The notes: generated from the letters alone by a model not told the origin. A stretch of DNA of 63,825 nucleotides, filler included, from 4 parts of 4 records of this genome joined end to end with filler, not necessarily neighbours in it, one strand, 5' to 3'. Shown: positions 1-10,357, numbered from the whole stretch's first letter. Program-made: numbers and translations.

Positions 1-57
1 CTAGATTGTGGATCTAGAGGTCCCCCGTTCGAACCGGGGTGGCTGTACCATCTTCCC

Positions 58-597
58 TCAGGCTTGTGTCCGCTCCGGCGCCGCGATGAAGGCGCCTGCC
101 ATAACTTGCCCGATTTCCGTGCCGCCTGCCGTCAGCGGCAGCACGACGCTGTGGAGCATGGACTGCGGGCCCACACCGGGAACGAGCGGGATCCTGGTGA
201 AGATCGGGCCCTGAGCCCCGATCAGCTGCGCGCCGTAATTCATCCAGTACTGGCGCGTCTCCTCGGAGGATATTTTCGCTCCGGGTGCCGCTTCGAGTTT
301 CGAGAAATACTCGCCGGTGCGGTCGAGCCCGGTCATGGCAACCATCGAACTTCCATAGAGGCGAAACCGGAAATCGCGGCCGCCCTCCAGAACTTCGACG
401 ATGAGGATGTTGGGCAGCAGCCGGGAAAAATCGGATGGCGAGATATCGCTGCGGTCGGGAAAGGGTCTGCCGCCCCGCTTTCCCAGCCAGTACTCATGGA
501 GCGTGATCGCATCTGGATGCTCGGGCGCCGAGAGGAACTCCATCTCGATGTCTGTGTCGACCAGGCGTGCTTTCGAATCTGGAATAAATGAAGACAT
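58..597 (-). CDS. Stand-alone PAS-domain protein (PAS_5-like)
   Basis: LHEYW..KRGGR.FP.RSDISP..F..LLP...FRFRLYG pattern; ATG at 597 has GAGG RBS (ORF track extends to 642). Confidence 0.75.
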   Translation of the reverse strand: MSSFIPDSKARLVDTDIEMEFLSAPEHPDAITLHEYWLGKRGGRPFPDRSDISPSDFSRLLPNILIVEVLEGGRDFRFRLYGSSMVAMTGLDRTGEYFSKLEAAPGAKISSEETRQYWMNYGAQLIGAQGPIFTRIPLVPGVGPQSMLHSVVLPLTAGGTEIGQVMAGAFIAAPERTQA

Positions 598-781
598 ATT
601 CCTCGCGCTCTCCCGGAGCATCCTCCCATCCTCAAGCGTCATTCTCGCACGCGAAAGTTAACGGAATTTGTCCCGGGCGGAATGCGCCTTGTGCTTTTGG
701 CGGTGAGCATGTTTTCTTTCGGCACAGAAACTGTCGATAACAGGAAAAGACCGCTATTCAGCGGCTTTCAGGGAGTTCCTC

Positions 782-1447
782 ATGACCCTCACCGTCTATG
801 GCGCAAGCCTCTCGCCCTTCGTTCGCAAGGTGCGTGTTTTCCTCGCCGAAAAAGGTCAGGACTACACACTCGAACAGGTGAACATCTTTCCGCCGCCGGA
901 CTGGTTCCTTGAAATCTCGCCGCTGAAGCGCATTCCCGTGCTGCGCGACGACAGCGAAGGCGCGGAAGCGACCCTGCCGGATTCGTCCGCCATCTGCGGC
1001 TACCTTGAAAGGAAGTTCGCGTCGCCCGCGCTCTATCCGGCGGACGCGATGCAATACGGCAAGGCCCTCTGGTACGAGGAATATGCGGATTCCGAACTTG
1101 CCGGAAACATCGGCATGGGCACCTTCCGCCCGATGATCGTCAACCGCATGATGGGCAAGGAGCCGGATCGCGAGACGGCGGAGAAGGTGTTCAGCGAGAA
1201 GCTGCCGCGCTATTTCGCCTGGCTCGACAAGGAGGTCGGGAGCAAGGACTTCCTCGCGGGCGATGCTTTCGGCATTGCCGACATTTCGGTTGGCACCCAG
1301 TTCGTCAACCTTGCCCATGCGGGCTTCAAGCCCGATCCCAAGACCTGTGCGAACCTTACGCGCTACCTCGCCGCGCTCCACGTCCGGCCGAGCTTTGCCG
1401 CCTGTATCGAGGAGGAAACGGCCCTTCTGAAGAAATTCGGCATCTGA
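782..1447 (+). CDS. Glutathione S-transferase family protein
   Basis: SPFVRKV, ISPLKRIPVL, DSSAI and FGIADI motifs. Confidence 0.92.
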   Translation: MTLTVYGASLSPFVRKVRVFLAEKGQDYTLEQVNIFPPPDWFLEISPLKRIPVLRDDSEGAEATLPDSSAICGYLERKFASPALYPADAMQYGKALWYEEYADSELAGNIGMGTFRPMIVNRMMGKEPDRETAEKVFSEKLPRYFAWLDKEVGSKDFLAGDAFGIADISVGTQFVNLAHAGFKPDPKTCANLTRYLAALHVRPSFAACIEEETALLKKFGI

Positions 1448-1551
1448 GGCGGGGCCGCTTCGGCGGCCCTCCCTTCAAATCCGGTTTCAAACCGGCTATC
1501 TCTGGGGCAACAAGAAACCCGGAAAACAAGAAACCCCTTGGGAGGCAAACG

Positions 1552-3303
1552 ATGACCGAGAACGCAGGCAAATGGCCCGCCATGACGATCGAGGAGGCGC
1601 ATGCCTTCCTCACCGCTGCGGGCACCCCTTTCGAAATGGAAACCGTCGAGATCAGGGGTGTGCCCATCCGCACCTACAAGGGCACGCCGCCTTCCTTGCG
1701 CGCAATCTTCGATATGGGTCGCGCCTTCGGCGAAAAGGAGTTCATCGTCTATGAGGGCGAGCGCCTCACATTCGAAAATCATTATCGCGCCGCCACGGCC
1801 CTCGGCCGCGCCCTGACGGAGAAATACGGCGTCAAGAAGGGCGACCGTGTTGCCCTCATCATGCGCAACTTCCCCGAATGGTCGATAGCCTTCTGGGGTA
1901 TCGCGGCCATCGGCGGCGTCGTGGTGCCGCTCAACGCCTGGGGCACCGGCCCCGAACTCGAATACGGCATTTCGGATTCCGGATCGAAAGTCGTCATCGT
2001 CGATCACGAGCGCCTCGACCGTATCCGTCCGCACCTGAAGGCGCTGGGCCTCAACGGTCTCGTCGCTGCGCGCACGCCGGAAGACGAACTCGGCGTTGCC
2101 GATGCTTTCGATGCGCTCATCGGCAGGCCTGCGGACTACGCGAAGCTTTCCGCCGACCCGCTTCCCGACCCCGGCCTCGATCCGGAAGACGATGCGACGA
2201 TCTTCTACACCTCGGGCACGACGGGTAAACCCAAGGGCGCGCTCGGCACGCAACGCAACATCTGCACCAATTTCATGAACGCGATGCTCGGCGGCGCGCG
2301 TACCTTCCTCCGCCGGGGCGAAATGCCGCCTGCACCGGACCCCGATGCGCTGCAGCGCGTGACGCTTCTTTCCGTGCCGCTCTTCCATGCGACGGGCTGT
2401 CACTCGATCCTCGTCGGTACCTATGCTTCCGGCGGCAAGCTCGTCATCATGCACAAGTGGAATCCGGAACACGCGCTGGAGCTGATCGAGCGCGAAGGCG
2501 TCACCTCCTTCGGTGGCGTGCCGGCGATGGTGTGGCAGGTACTCGAGTCGGCCGATTTCGCGACGCGCGATACATCCAGCGTCGAGTCGATCGGCTATGG
2601 CGGCGCACCGTCCGCCCCCGATCTCGTCTCGCGCATCAAGCAGCAGTTCCCGAAGGTCCATCCCTCGAACGGTTACGGCCTCACCGAAACCTCGGCCATC
2701 ACCACGCAGAACCTCGCAGAGGACTATGTGGCGAAACCCGACAGCGCCGGTGTCGCCGTTCCCGTCTGCGACATCAAGGTCGTGGACGAGAAAGGCAACG
2801 AGTTGCCGCACGGCCAGGTTGGCGAACTCTGGATCCGAGGCCCGAACGTCGTGAAGGGTTACTGGAACAAGGCGGAAGCGACCGCCGCCGCGATCACCGA
2901 AGGTGCCTGGTTCCATTCCGGCGACCTCGTGCGCATGGACGACGAAGGCTTCGTCTACATCCTCGACCGCGCCAAGGACATGCTGATCCGCGGCGGCGAG
3001 AACATCTACTGCGTCGAGGTGGAAGATGCGCTCTACGCGCATCCAGCCGTGATGGACGCTGCTGTCGTCGCGATCCCGCACAAGATTCTGGGCGAGGAAG
3101 TAGGCGCCGTGGTGCAGGTCGCGCCCGGCAAACAGGTTTCCGAAGAGGAGTTGCAGGCTCATGTCGGCAAGCTCCTCGCGGGCTTCAAGGTACCGGTCAA
3201 GATCGAGCTTCGCCACGAGCCGCTGCCACGCAATCCGAACGGCAAGATTCTGAAGACTGTTCTTCGCGAAGACATGAAGAAATACACGAAGGACGCTGCC
3301 TGA
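1552..3303 (+). CDS. Class I adenylate-forming enzyme (long-chain acyl-CoA ligase)
   Basis: YTSGTTGKPKG, YGLTE, SGD, DRAKD..RGGEN, NGKILK; GGAGG RBS. Confidence 0.92.
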   Translation: MTENAGKWPAMTIEEAHAFLTAAGTPFEMETVEIRGVPIRTYKGTPPSLRAIFDMGRAFGEKEFIVYEGERLTFENHYRAATALGRALTEKYGVKKGDRVALIMRNFPEWSIAFWGIAAIGGVVVPLNAWGTGPELEYGISDSGSKVVIVDHERLDRIRPHLKALGLNGLVAARTPEDELGVADAFDALIGRPADYAKLSADPLPDPGLDPEDDATIFYTSGTTGKPKGALGTQRNICTNFMNAMLGGARTFLRRGEMPPAPDPDALQRVTLLSVPLFHATGCHSILVGTYASGGKLVIMHKWNPEHALELIEREGVTSFGGVPAMVWQVLESADFATRDTSSVESIGYGGAPSAPDLVSRIKQQFPKVHPSNGYGLTETSAITTQNLAEDYVAKPDSAGVAVPVCDIKVVDEKGNELPHGQVGELWIRGPNVVKGYWNKAEATAAAITEGAWFHSGDLVRMDDEGFVYILDRAKDMLIRGGENIYCVEVEDALYAHPAVMDAAVVAIPHKILGEEVGAVVQVAPGKQVSEEELQAHVGKLLAGFKVPVKIELRHEPLPRNPNGKILKTVLREDMKKYTKDAA

Positions 3304-3346
3304 GTTTTCGAGACTCTGCCGCAGCGTCATCGCGGTCGAAATTGCT

Positions 3347-3381
3347 GAAGCCGCCCGGGCATGGAAATCCCGGGCGGCTTC
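3347..3381. terminator. GC-rich hairpin after the CoA ligase (terminator or mRNA-stabilising stem)
   Basis: Perfect 13-bp inverted repeat GAAGCCGCCCGGG / CCCGGGCGGCTTC; weak U-tract. Confidence 0.5.
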
Positions 3382-3418
3382 TCTATGCTTGCGGGCAAAA
3401 GAACCCTGGGAGGAACAA

Positions 3419-4192
3419 ATGAAGGTATCTCTGGAAGGCCGCGTCGCCCTGGTCACGGGCGGCAGCCGCGGCATCGGCCGCGCCATCGCTGTCGCGCTCG
3501 CGGAAGCCGGCGCCGACGTCGCGATTAATTATCGCCGCGACAAGGAAGCCGCCGACGAAACCGTTGCCGAAATCGAAAAGCTCGGGCGCAAGGCGAAGGC
3601 CTATTCGGCTTCCGTCGAGAATTTCGAGGAAGACCAGTTGATGGTCGCCGATGTGCTGAAGGATTTCGGCTCCATCGGCATCCTCGTCAACAATGCGGGT
3701 ATCGCCTCGCGCGGCCAGACGGTCGCCGACACCGAGCCGCAGGAACTCGAGCGCGTGCTGAGGGTGCATGCGATGGCGCCGCATTTCATGTCGAAGCTCG
3801 TGCTTCCTCATATGCGCAAGGAAAAGCGTGGCGACATCATCATCATTTCGTCTGTCGCGACGCTCAGCCACTCGGCGAATGGCGGCCCCTACAATATGGG
3901 CAAGGCGGCGGCCGAAGCGCTCGCGCTCACGCTCGCCAAGGAAGAGCGCAAGCACGGCATTCGCACCAACATCGTCGCGCCGGGCCTCACCGCCACCGAC
4001 ATGGGCTCGCGCCTCGCCGCCGCCCGCGCGGGCAAGAAGAGCATGGACATCCACGACCTCGACGCGACCATGCCCTTCGGCCATGTCTGCGGGCCGGAAG
4101 AGGTTGCGGCCGCCGTCGTCTATCTCGTCTCGGATGCGAACCCCTATGCGAACGGCCAGAAGATCAACATCGACGGCGGCGGCCCGATGTGA
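3419..4192 (+). CDS. Short-chain dehydrogenase/reductase (FabG-like)
   Basis: TGGSRGIG, NNAG, YNMGK (YxxxK); ATG 3419 after GGAGG. Confidence 0.92.
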   Translation: MKVSLEGRVALVTGGSRGIGRAIAVALAEAGADVAINYRRDKEAADETVAEIEKLGRKAKAYSASVENFEEDQLMVADVLKDFGSIGILVNNAGIASRGQTVADTEPQELERVLRVHAMAPHFMSKLVLPHMRKEKRGDIIIISSVATLSHSANGGPYNMGKAAAEALALTLAKEERKHGIRTNIVAPGLTATDMGSRLAAARAGKKSMDIHDLDATMPFGHVCGPEEVAAAVVYLVSDANPYANGQKINIDGGGPM

Positions 4193-4377
4193 GGTGGCTT
4201 GTCCCCGGTTCCCAGGAGTGCCGGAGCCGGGGATAAACTTTTCTGAAGGATATTCAGGGTGGGAATAAGTCGCCTGCGATGTGTCCGCCATGAGGCCCGA
4301 AATACCTACATGACGTTTTGATGACAGTTCGGTGACAGTCGGCCTGTTTTTGCGGGATAAGTCCGGTTATCCCCGCT

Positions 4378-7107
4378 TCATTCGGCGGGTGAAAGCACAC
4401 CCGATGTATCGTTGTTGCTCCGTCTGCGGAAGATCGACGGCATCACGTTTATGAGCGACAGAAGCACCGCCGAGGCGTAGGGCACCGACTGCACGAGCAG
4501 CACGCCGACCCAGAGCCGCGAATGGCTGTCCGAGAAATCAGGGCTCATCAGGAAAGCGGCGGTGAGACCCCACAGAGCCACCAGCATCACGGTTTCTTCC
4601 CGCACCTGAATGAAGGCGGCCGCGAGCGGCGGCTTGTCCTCGCATTTCGGCGTCCGGATGAACGGCTTGCTCGTCGTGATCATGCCATTGAGCATGGCCT
4701 TGGCGACCGTATGCGTGAGCCCGAGCGCCGCGACGCCCGCGCCGAGACTTTCAAGGAAGGTGCAGTCGCGCACGCGCACGGCATAGAGCCAGAGCGAGCG
4801 CACAACCTTGAAGACGAAGCTGCCGATGGTCGGGATCAGGAAAGCCGCCACGGGCAGCGACACGGCGTGCGGCTGATAGATCGCCCATGCCGACAGCGCG
4901 ATGCTCGCGACAGTGAAGAGCAGCGCGAGCCCGTCCGCGAACCAAGGTAGCCACCCGGCGAGGAAATAGTAGCGTTGCGCGCCGGTGAGGCCGCGCTTTG
5001 CGCTCGCCCAGGGCGCAAGCGCGTCCCAGTGATGCTTGACGATCTGCACCGCGCCATAGGCCCAGCGGAAGCGCTGCGTGATGTAGCCCGCAAGCGTGTC
5101 CGGCGTGAGGCCGCGGCCGAACGAGTGGTTGATGTAGACGCTGTCATAGCCCGCGCGATAGAGCTTGATGCCGAGTTCTGCGTCCTCGCAGATGCACCAT
5201 TCCGCCCAGCCCCCGACGCGCTTGAGAGCGCTCTTGCGCACCTGTGTCATGGTGCCGTGCTGAATGACGGCGTTGAAATTGTTGCGCTGGACCATGCCAA
5301 TATGGAAGAAGCCGGCATATTCCCAATAGGTCATGTTCTTGAACATGCTCTCGTGCCGGTCGCGATAATCCTGCGGCGCTTGCACGAAGCCGACATCGGG
5401 CTTGTCAAAATAGGGAATGAGCGTCTTCAGCCAGTTCGGTTCGATCTGATAGTCGCTGTCGATGACGGCGATGATTTCGGCATCCTCCGCCGTCTTTTCG
5501 AGGCCGAAATTGAGCGCGCCCGCCTTGAAGCCCGGCCAGTTCTCGAGATGGAAGAAGCGAAAGCGCGGGCCGAGCTTCTCGCAATATTCGCGCACCGGCT
5601 GCCAGACTTTCGGGTCGACCGTGTTGTTGTCGAGAACGAGAACTTCGTAATTCTCGTAGTCGAGTTTCGCCAGCGCCGTCAGCGTTTCGCGCACCATGTC
5701 CGGCGGTTCGTTGTGGATCGGCACATGGATCGAAACCTTGGCGTTTGGGCTGACAGCCTTCTCGTCGAAGGGTTTGAAGTGCCGCGCGCCTTGCCGCGTC
5801 CAGATCACTTCCACGAACTCGATCGCTTCCGCCAGAAGCACGATGAGCAGCAGCCCTTGCGCGAAGAAGAGGAAACTCCAGATCGTCGTGCCGAGCCATG
5901 TGAAATAAAGGCCGGTGACGGAAAGCCCCGCCCAGGCGATGGCGGAGCCCGCGACCTGCGTCAGCACCGCGAAGATGACGACGCCCGCGGGGCGCACATG
6001 GCGCTGCCGGAGCATGAAGAGCATGGCGGGCACGAGCGCGAGGCCGGCCGCGAGCGACGCCCAGAAGCGCCATTCCGGCGCTTCCGAGATGCTGCCCGCC
6101 ATCGGGAATTTCGGTTGGCGGTCCGCGTTGTAGATGCCCCAGAACGCGCCCGCCGCGCCTTCGTCGGACGCCTTCCACGGCTGGTCGAAGGCTTCCATCA
6201 CGTAATAGGTGATGTCTTCGGCCTTCGCGCGGTTCAGGAATTCGCGCATGAAGGTCGCCTGGTTGACGAGCGAGGGCACGGATTCCGTGTTGAGTTCCTC
6301 TTTCGACAGGCCCGGATAGTCGCGGCGCGGGATGACCTTGCCGCGGCTCGGCCAACCGACTTCCGTCACCACGATGGGTTTGTTCGGATAGGCCGCGCGC
6401 AGCTCGTCGATCCGTTCGAACACGGCGTCGACCGCATAGTCGATCGGTATGCCTTCCCAGTAGGGCAGGATCTGCACGCCGATATAGTCGACCGCCTTCA
6501 CGAGTTCGGGATTGTTGAGCCAGATATGCGGCGGCTCGGCGGTCGACACCGGCTTCCAGATTTTCTGCTTCGCGCGCTTGATGTAGGCGATGAGATCGGA
6601 CACCGGCAGGTCGTTACGCAAGAGCGCCTCGTTGCCGACCAGCACGCGCACGACATTGCGGCGCGGCGCAAGCGTGGCGAGCGTTTCGAGTTCCCGCTCG
6701 TTGCGCTGAAGGTTCGGCCCGATCCATGCGCCGACCGCGACCGAGAGGCCGTTCTCGGCGGCGAGTTCGGGAATGTGCTGCTGGCCCCGGACAACGGTGT
6801 AGGTACGGATCGCCTGAACCGTGCCGGACAGGAGCGTCATGTCCTCTTCGATCTGCTCGAGCGAGGGATGCTTGTTCTGCGTCGGGTCCTGCCCCTGCCG
6901 GTAGGGGCTGTAGCTCAGGCCGACGACCTCGCCCGTCCATGCTTCCGCGTGATGAGGCTGATTGAACGCCGCCCAGACCGCGAGATTGGCCGCGATGACG
7001 AGCGGCAGCACGAGGAAGAGAAAGGCAGCCTGCCGCACGAAGGCGGAGTGGCGCCAGGAACGGGGATCGGAAGGCTTTTTCTCAGGGGCAGGGTCGGGAT
7101 TGTCCAT
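4378..7107 (-). CDS. ndvB: NdvB-like GH17 glucanosyltransferase-GT2 glycosyltransferase fusion (periplasmic beta-1,3-glucan synthesis)
   Basis: N-terminal GH17 (VGNE, TEVGWP, EAFDQPWK), TM block, GT2 with DSD, CED and QRFRW motifs. Confidence 0.75.
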   Translation of the reverse strand: MDNPDPAPEKKPSDPRSWRHSAFVRQAAFLFLVLPLVIAANLAVWAAFNQPHHAEAWTGEVVGLSYSPYRQGQDPTQNKHPSLEQIEEDMTLLSGTVQAIRTYTVVRGQQHIPELAAENGLSVAVGAWIGPNLQRNERELETLATLAPRRNVVRVLVGNEALLRNDLPVSDLIAYIKRAKQKIWKPVSTAEPPHIWLNNPELVKAVDYIGVQILPYWEGIPIDYAVDAVFERIDELRAAYPNKPIVVTEVGWPSRGKVIPRRDYPGLSKEELNTESVPSLVNQATFMREFLNRAKAEDITYYVMEAFDQPWKASDEGAAGAFWGIYNADRQPKFPMAGSISEAPEWRFWASLAAGLALVPAMLFMLRQRHVRPAGVVIFAVLTQVAGSAIAWAGLSVTGLYFTWLGTTIWSFLFFAQGLLLIVLLAEAIEFVEVIWTRQGARHFKPFDEKAVSPNAKVSIHVPIHNEPPDMVRETLTALAKLDYENYEVLVLDNNTVDPKVWQPVREYCEKLGPRFRFFHLENWPGFKAGALNFGLEKTAEDAEIIAVIDSDYQIEPNWLKTLIPYFDKPDVGFVQAPQDYRDRHESMFKNMTYWEYAGFFHIGMVQRNNFNAVIQHGTMTQVRKSALKRVGGWAEWCICEDAELGIKLYRAGYDSVYINHSFGRGLTPDTLAGYITQRFRWAYGAVQIVKHHWDALAPWASAKRGLTGAQRYYFLAGWLPWFADGLALLFTVASIALSAWAIYQPHAVSLPVAAFLIPTIGSFVFKVVRSLWLYAVRVRDCTFLESLGAGVAALGLTHTVAKAMLNGMITTSKPFIRTPKCEDKPPLAAAFIQVREETVMLVALWGLTAAFLMSPDFSDSHSRLWVGVLLVQSVPYASAVLLSLINVMPSIFRRRSNNDTSGVLSPAE

Positions 7108-7303
7108 TTATCGGTCCGTCAGGCACAGAAAACTGGGAAAACGGCGCGATACGGTCCCTGTGGGCGGCCCAGCTCCGCCAGTCCCGCATGGAAAAGGACC
7201 CGGCGAAACCGGGCCCTTATTGGTCCCGCACCATGACCAAATTAGGGCGGCTTTGTCGAATGCCCAGTGCGGTAGAGATGCGTCCCGTGTGAGTGAACTT
7301 CAA

Positions 7304-9055
7304 TCAATCCGCCGCGGCGGGAATCCTCGCTCCGTTCGGGCGTCCTCTCGCCCCGCGCACGAGCCGGCCGTTGAGCGCGCCCGTCGGCTCACCGTTGCGG
7401 AACGCGACCGCGCCCGAGACGATGCTGGCCGTATAGCCATCGGTTTTCTGGATCAGGCGTTTTCCGCCCGCCGGAAGGTCGTTGACGATATGCGGCGAGT
7501 AGAGTGTCAGCCCGTCGAAGTCGATTACGTTCACATCCGCCTTCATGCCGGGCGCGAGGATGCCCCGGTCGCCCATGCCGACCAGCGCGGCGTTGCGGCC
7601 CGTGAGGCCATGGATCAGCCATTCGAGCGGCAGCTTTTTGCCGCGCGTCCGGTCGCGGCCCCAATGCGTCATCAGCGTTGTCGGGAAGCTCGCATCGCAG
7701 ATGATGCCGCAATGCGCACCGCCGTCCGAAAGCCCGAAGGCGGTGTTCGGATGGGTGAGCATGGTCTCGACATCGGCCAGGCTGCCGCAGTGATAGTTCA
7801 TCAACGGGAAATAGATCAGCGCCTTGCCGTCGCGCTCCAGCATCCAGTCGAGCACAACCTCGCGCGGGCTCTTGCCCGTCTGTTCGGCCACCGCCTTCGC
7901 GCTCGTCTCCGGCGCGGGCTCGTAGTTCGGCCGCTCGCCGAGCGCAAACATCTTGTGATAGGCGACGCAGAGCATCTCGATGATTTCGCCCGCCGGATAG
8001 TCCGGCTCTTCGGCGAGAAGCTTGGCGCGGAACTCGGGGTCTTTCAGCGCCTTCACCTGTTGCTCGAGCGGCGCGCCCCAGATCTGCCGGAAGGTCTGGT
8101 GCATGATGAAAGGATTGAGCGAGGCGGTGAGCCCGAGCAAGAGCCCCGTCGCGCGCGGCGGCACCTGGCCGCGGATCGGCAGCCCGTCTGCATTGGCGGC
8201 GGCGATATTGTCGAGCACGCGCTTCCACACGGTCGGCCAGCGGTCGTCCTGTTCGATGGTGATCGACATCGGCCGGCCCGAAATCTCGACCATGCCGCGC
8301 AGCATCGCGAACTCTTCATCCGTCTCCTTGAAGTCGGCGATCAATTGCAGCACGCCCTTGTTCGCCTTGCCCATGGCGCGCGCAATGCCATGCAGCTCCA
8401 TCGCTTCTGCTTTGAGCGTCGGCGTCGAGCCGCCCTTGCTGTCCTTGTGCTTCACCGTGCGCGAGGTGGAGAAGCCGAGCGCACCCGCTTCCAGCGCCTC
8501 CACGACCAGACGGCCCATCTCGGCGGTCTCTTCGGCGGTCGCGGGCTCGAGCGCAGGCGCGCGGTCGCCCATCACATAGGCGCGCACGGCGGCATGCGGA
8601 ATCTGCAGGCCGACATCGAGCGCGAGCGGCGAGGCTTCGACCGCATCCATATATTGCGCGAAGCTTTCCCAGTTCCACTTGATGCCTTCGGCAAGCGCCG
8701 AACCCGGAATGTCTTCGACGCCTTCCATGAGGCTCAGAAGCCAATCCCGCTGCTCCGGCTTGCAGGGCGCGAAGCCGACGCCGCAATTGCCCATCACGGC
8801 GGTGGTGACGCCGTGAAAGGTCGAGGGTTGCAGATAAGGGTCCCAGGTCACCTGCCCGTCATAATGCGTGTGCACATCGACGAAGCCCGGCGTCACGATC
8901 TGGCCCTTCGCGTCGATTTCTTCCGCGCCCGACCCTGAAACCTTGCCGACCGCGACAATGACGCCGCCCTCGATGGCGACATCCGCCTCGACAGGCTTCG
9001 CGCCCGTCCCGTCAAAAACGGTCCCGCCGCGGATCACGATGTCATGCTGGCTCAT
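7304..9055 (-). CDS. N-acyl-D-amino-acid deacylase-like amidohydrolase
   Basis: PGFVDVHTHYD, GNCG, SDGGAH motifs; ATG at 9055 with GGGAGG RBS. Confidence 0.88.
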   Translation of the reverse strand: MSQHDIVIRGGTVFDGTGAKPVEADVAIEGGVIVAVGKVSGSGAEEIDAKGQIVTPGFVDVHTHYDGQVTWDPYLQPSTFHGVTTAVMGNCGVGFAPCKPEQRDWLLSLMEGVEDIPGSALAEGIKWNWESFAQYMDAVEASPLALDVGLQIPHAAVRAYVMGDRAPALEPATAEETAEMGRLVVEALEAGALGFSTSRTVKHKDSKGGSTPTLKAEAMELHGIARAMGKANKGVLQLIADFKETDEEFAMLRGMVEISGRPMSITIEQDDRWPTVWKRVLDNIAAANADGLPIRGQVPPRATGLLLGLTASLNPFIMHQTFRQIWGAPLEQQVKALKDPEFRAKLLAEEPDYPAGEIIEMLCVAYHKMFALGERPNYEPAPETSAKAVAEQTGKSPREVVLDWMLERDGKALIYFPLMNYHCGSLADVETMLTHPNTAFGLSDGGAHCGIICDASFPTTLMTHWGRDRTRGKKLPLEWLIHGLTGRNAALVGMGDRGILAPGMKADVNVIDFDGLTLYSPHIVNDLPAGGKRLIQKTDGYTASIVSGAVAFRNGEPTGALNGRLVRGARGRPNGARIPAAAD

Positions 9056-9164
9056 TGGGTTTCCCTCCCGGAATGCTCTGAATGGCTTTGTGGAGGAGGA
9101 TAGCGGAAAGGGCGGGGTCCCGACACCGGATTGAAACAGGGAGACGGCGGCGTGTGGCGTCTGA

Positions 9165-9250
9165 ATGTAAACATATATATTGACAAAATGATGTTTTTGT
9201 ATACATATAACTATGCAAATAGTGAAATTAGTCAACTTATAAGTTTACAT
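9165..9250 (+). promoter_or_regulatory. AT-rich promoter/operator region of the mobile mystery operon
   Basis: TTGACA at 9180-9185; three TGTAWACWTATA boxes (9166+, 9198+, 9238-). Confidence 0.55.
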
Positions 9251-9251
9251 C

Positions 9252-9716
9252 ATGTCCGTGAAACATCTTGCCACCCTGCAGTATCGTGCCATTGCCGACA
9301 GTGTTTCGCCTCTCTCCCGGGTGGACGTGCCGGGCGACGGCTGGATCGCGACCATCCGCAAGGCGCTCGGCATGTCCGGGGCCGCCCTCGCGCGCCGTCT
9401 CGGCGTCACGCGCGCGCGCGTTTCGCAGGCCGAACGCGCCGAACGCGAAGGCGGCATCACGCTGAAGGCGATGGACGAGTTTGCCACGGCGATGGGCTGC
9501 CGCTTCGTCTATGCGATCCTGCCGGAGACAGGACAAGTCGAAGACATCGTCTCCGCGCAGGCGCGCCGCAAGGCAGAGGCGCTGGTCGCGCGCGCAAGCG
9601 GTCACATGGCGCTTGAACGCCAGGCGCTGCCCGCGAAAAAGAACCGTGCGGAAGTGGAGCGCGTGGCACGCGAACTGATGGAGGACATGCCGCCCGATTT
9701 CTGGACCGGCGAATGA
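9252..9716 (+). CDS. Mobile mystery protein A (XRE-type HTH)
   Basis: GWIATIRKALGMS..LARRLGV..SQAE.AE..G.ITL..M...A.AMGCRFVY and HMALE.Q signature; ATGA overlap with the Fic gene. Confidence 0.88.
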   Translation: MSVKHLATLQYRAIADSVSPLSRVDVPGDGWIATIRKALGMSGAALARRLGVTRARVSQAERAEREGGITLKAMDEFATAMGCRFVYAILPETGQVEDIVSAQARRKAEALVARASGHMALERQALPAKKNRAEVERVARELMEDMPPDFWTGE

Positions 9717-10306
9717 ACGGCGTTGCGGACGAGCCGGACGGCGCAACGCCGCTCGACCCGGATGAACGCGAGGGATTGCGCTTCCGTCACATCACCACAC
9801 GCGGCGAGTTGAACGAGCTGGAACAGGCCAACATTCAAACCGGCCTGCTCTGGCTCGGCCGCCGCCGCAGAGGCGACGTGCTTGACGAACGCTTCATGCG
9901 GGAACTTCACCGTCGGCTTTTCGGCGAGGTCTGGAGCTGGGCGGGCAGCTTCCGCCGGACGGAGAAGAATATCGGCATCGACCCGCGCGCCATCGCCGTC
10001 GAACTGCGCAATCTCCTCGACGATGCGCGTTACTGGGCAGCCAATGCCACCTATGCACCGCTCGAAGCAGCGGCACGCTTTCACCACCGCCTTGTCGCGA
10101 TCCACCTTTTCGCCAATGGCAATGGACGCCACGCTCGCATCGCCACCGACACATACCTTGAGAAACATTTCGGCCATCCCCGCATCGATTGGACCGAAGG
10201 GCACGACCTGCTGCATACGAACCGGCGGCGCGATGCCTATATCGCTGCATTGAGGGCTGCGGATGGCGGCGAATACGGCCCCCTGCTCGCATTTGTGGGC
10301 ATGTAG
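9713..10306 (+). CDS. Mobile mystery protein B (Fic/DOC family)
   Basis: GATPLDPDE.EGL, ELNELEQANI, Fic motif HLFANGNGRHAR. Confidence 0.9.
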   Translation: MNGVADEPDGATPLDPDEREGLRFRHITTRGELNELEQANIQTGLLWLGRRRRGDVLDERFMRELHRRLFGEVWSWAGSFRRTEKNIGIDPRAIAVELRNLLDDARYWAANATYAPLEAAARFHHRLVAIHLFANGNGRHARIATDTYLEKHFGHPRIDWTEGHDLLHTNRRRDAYIAALRAADGGEYGPLLAFVGM

Positions 10307-10357
10307 CGGAAGCTGCAAAGAGCATCGCTCTCTGGCCATCGCCATCGCTTGACCTAG

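Noticed and set aside
1363-3486. 707-aa minus-strand ORF (likewise 4975-7236+, 6962-8938+, 17320-19944-, 48288-49889+)
   Set aside because: Antisense shadows of well-supported genes in GC-rich DNA, with no recognisable motifs
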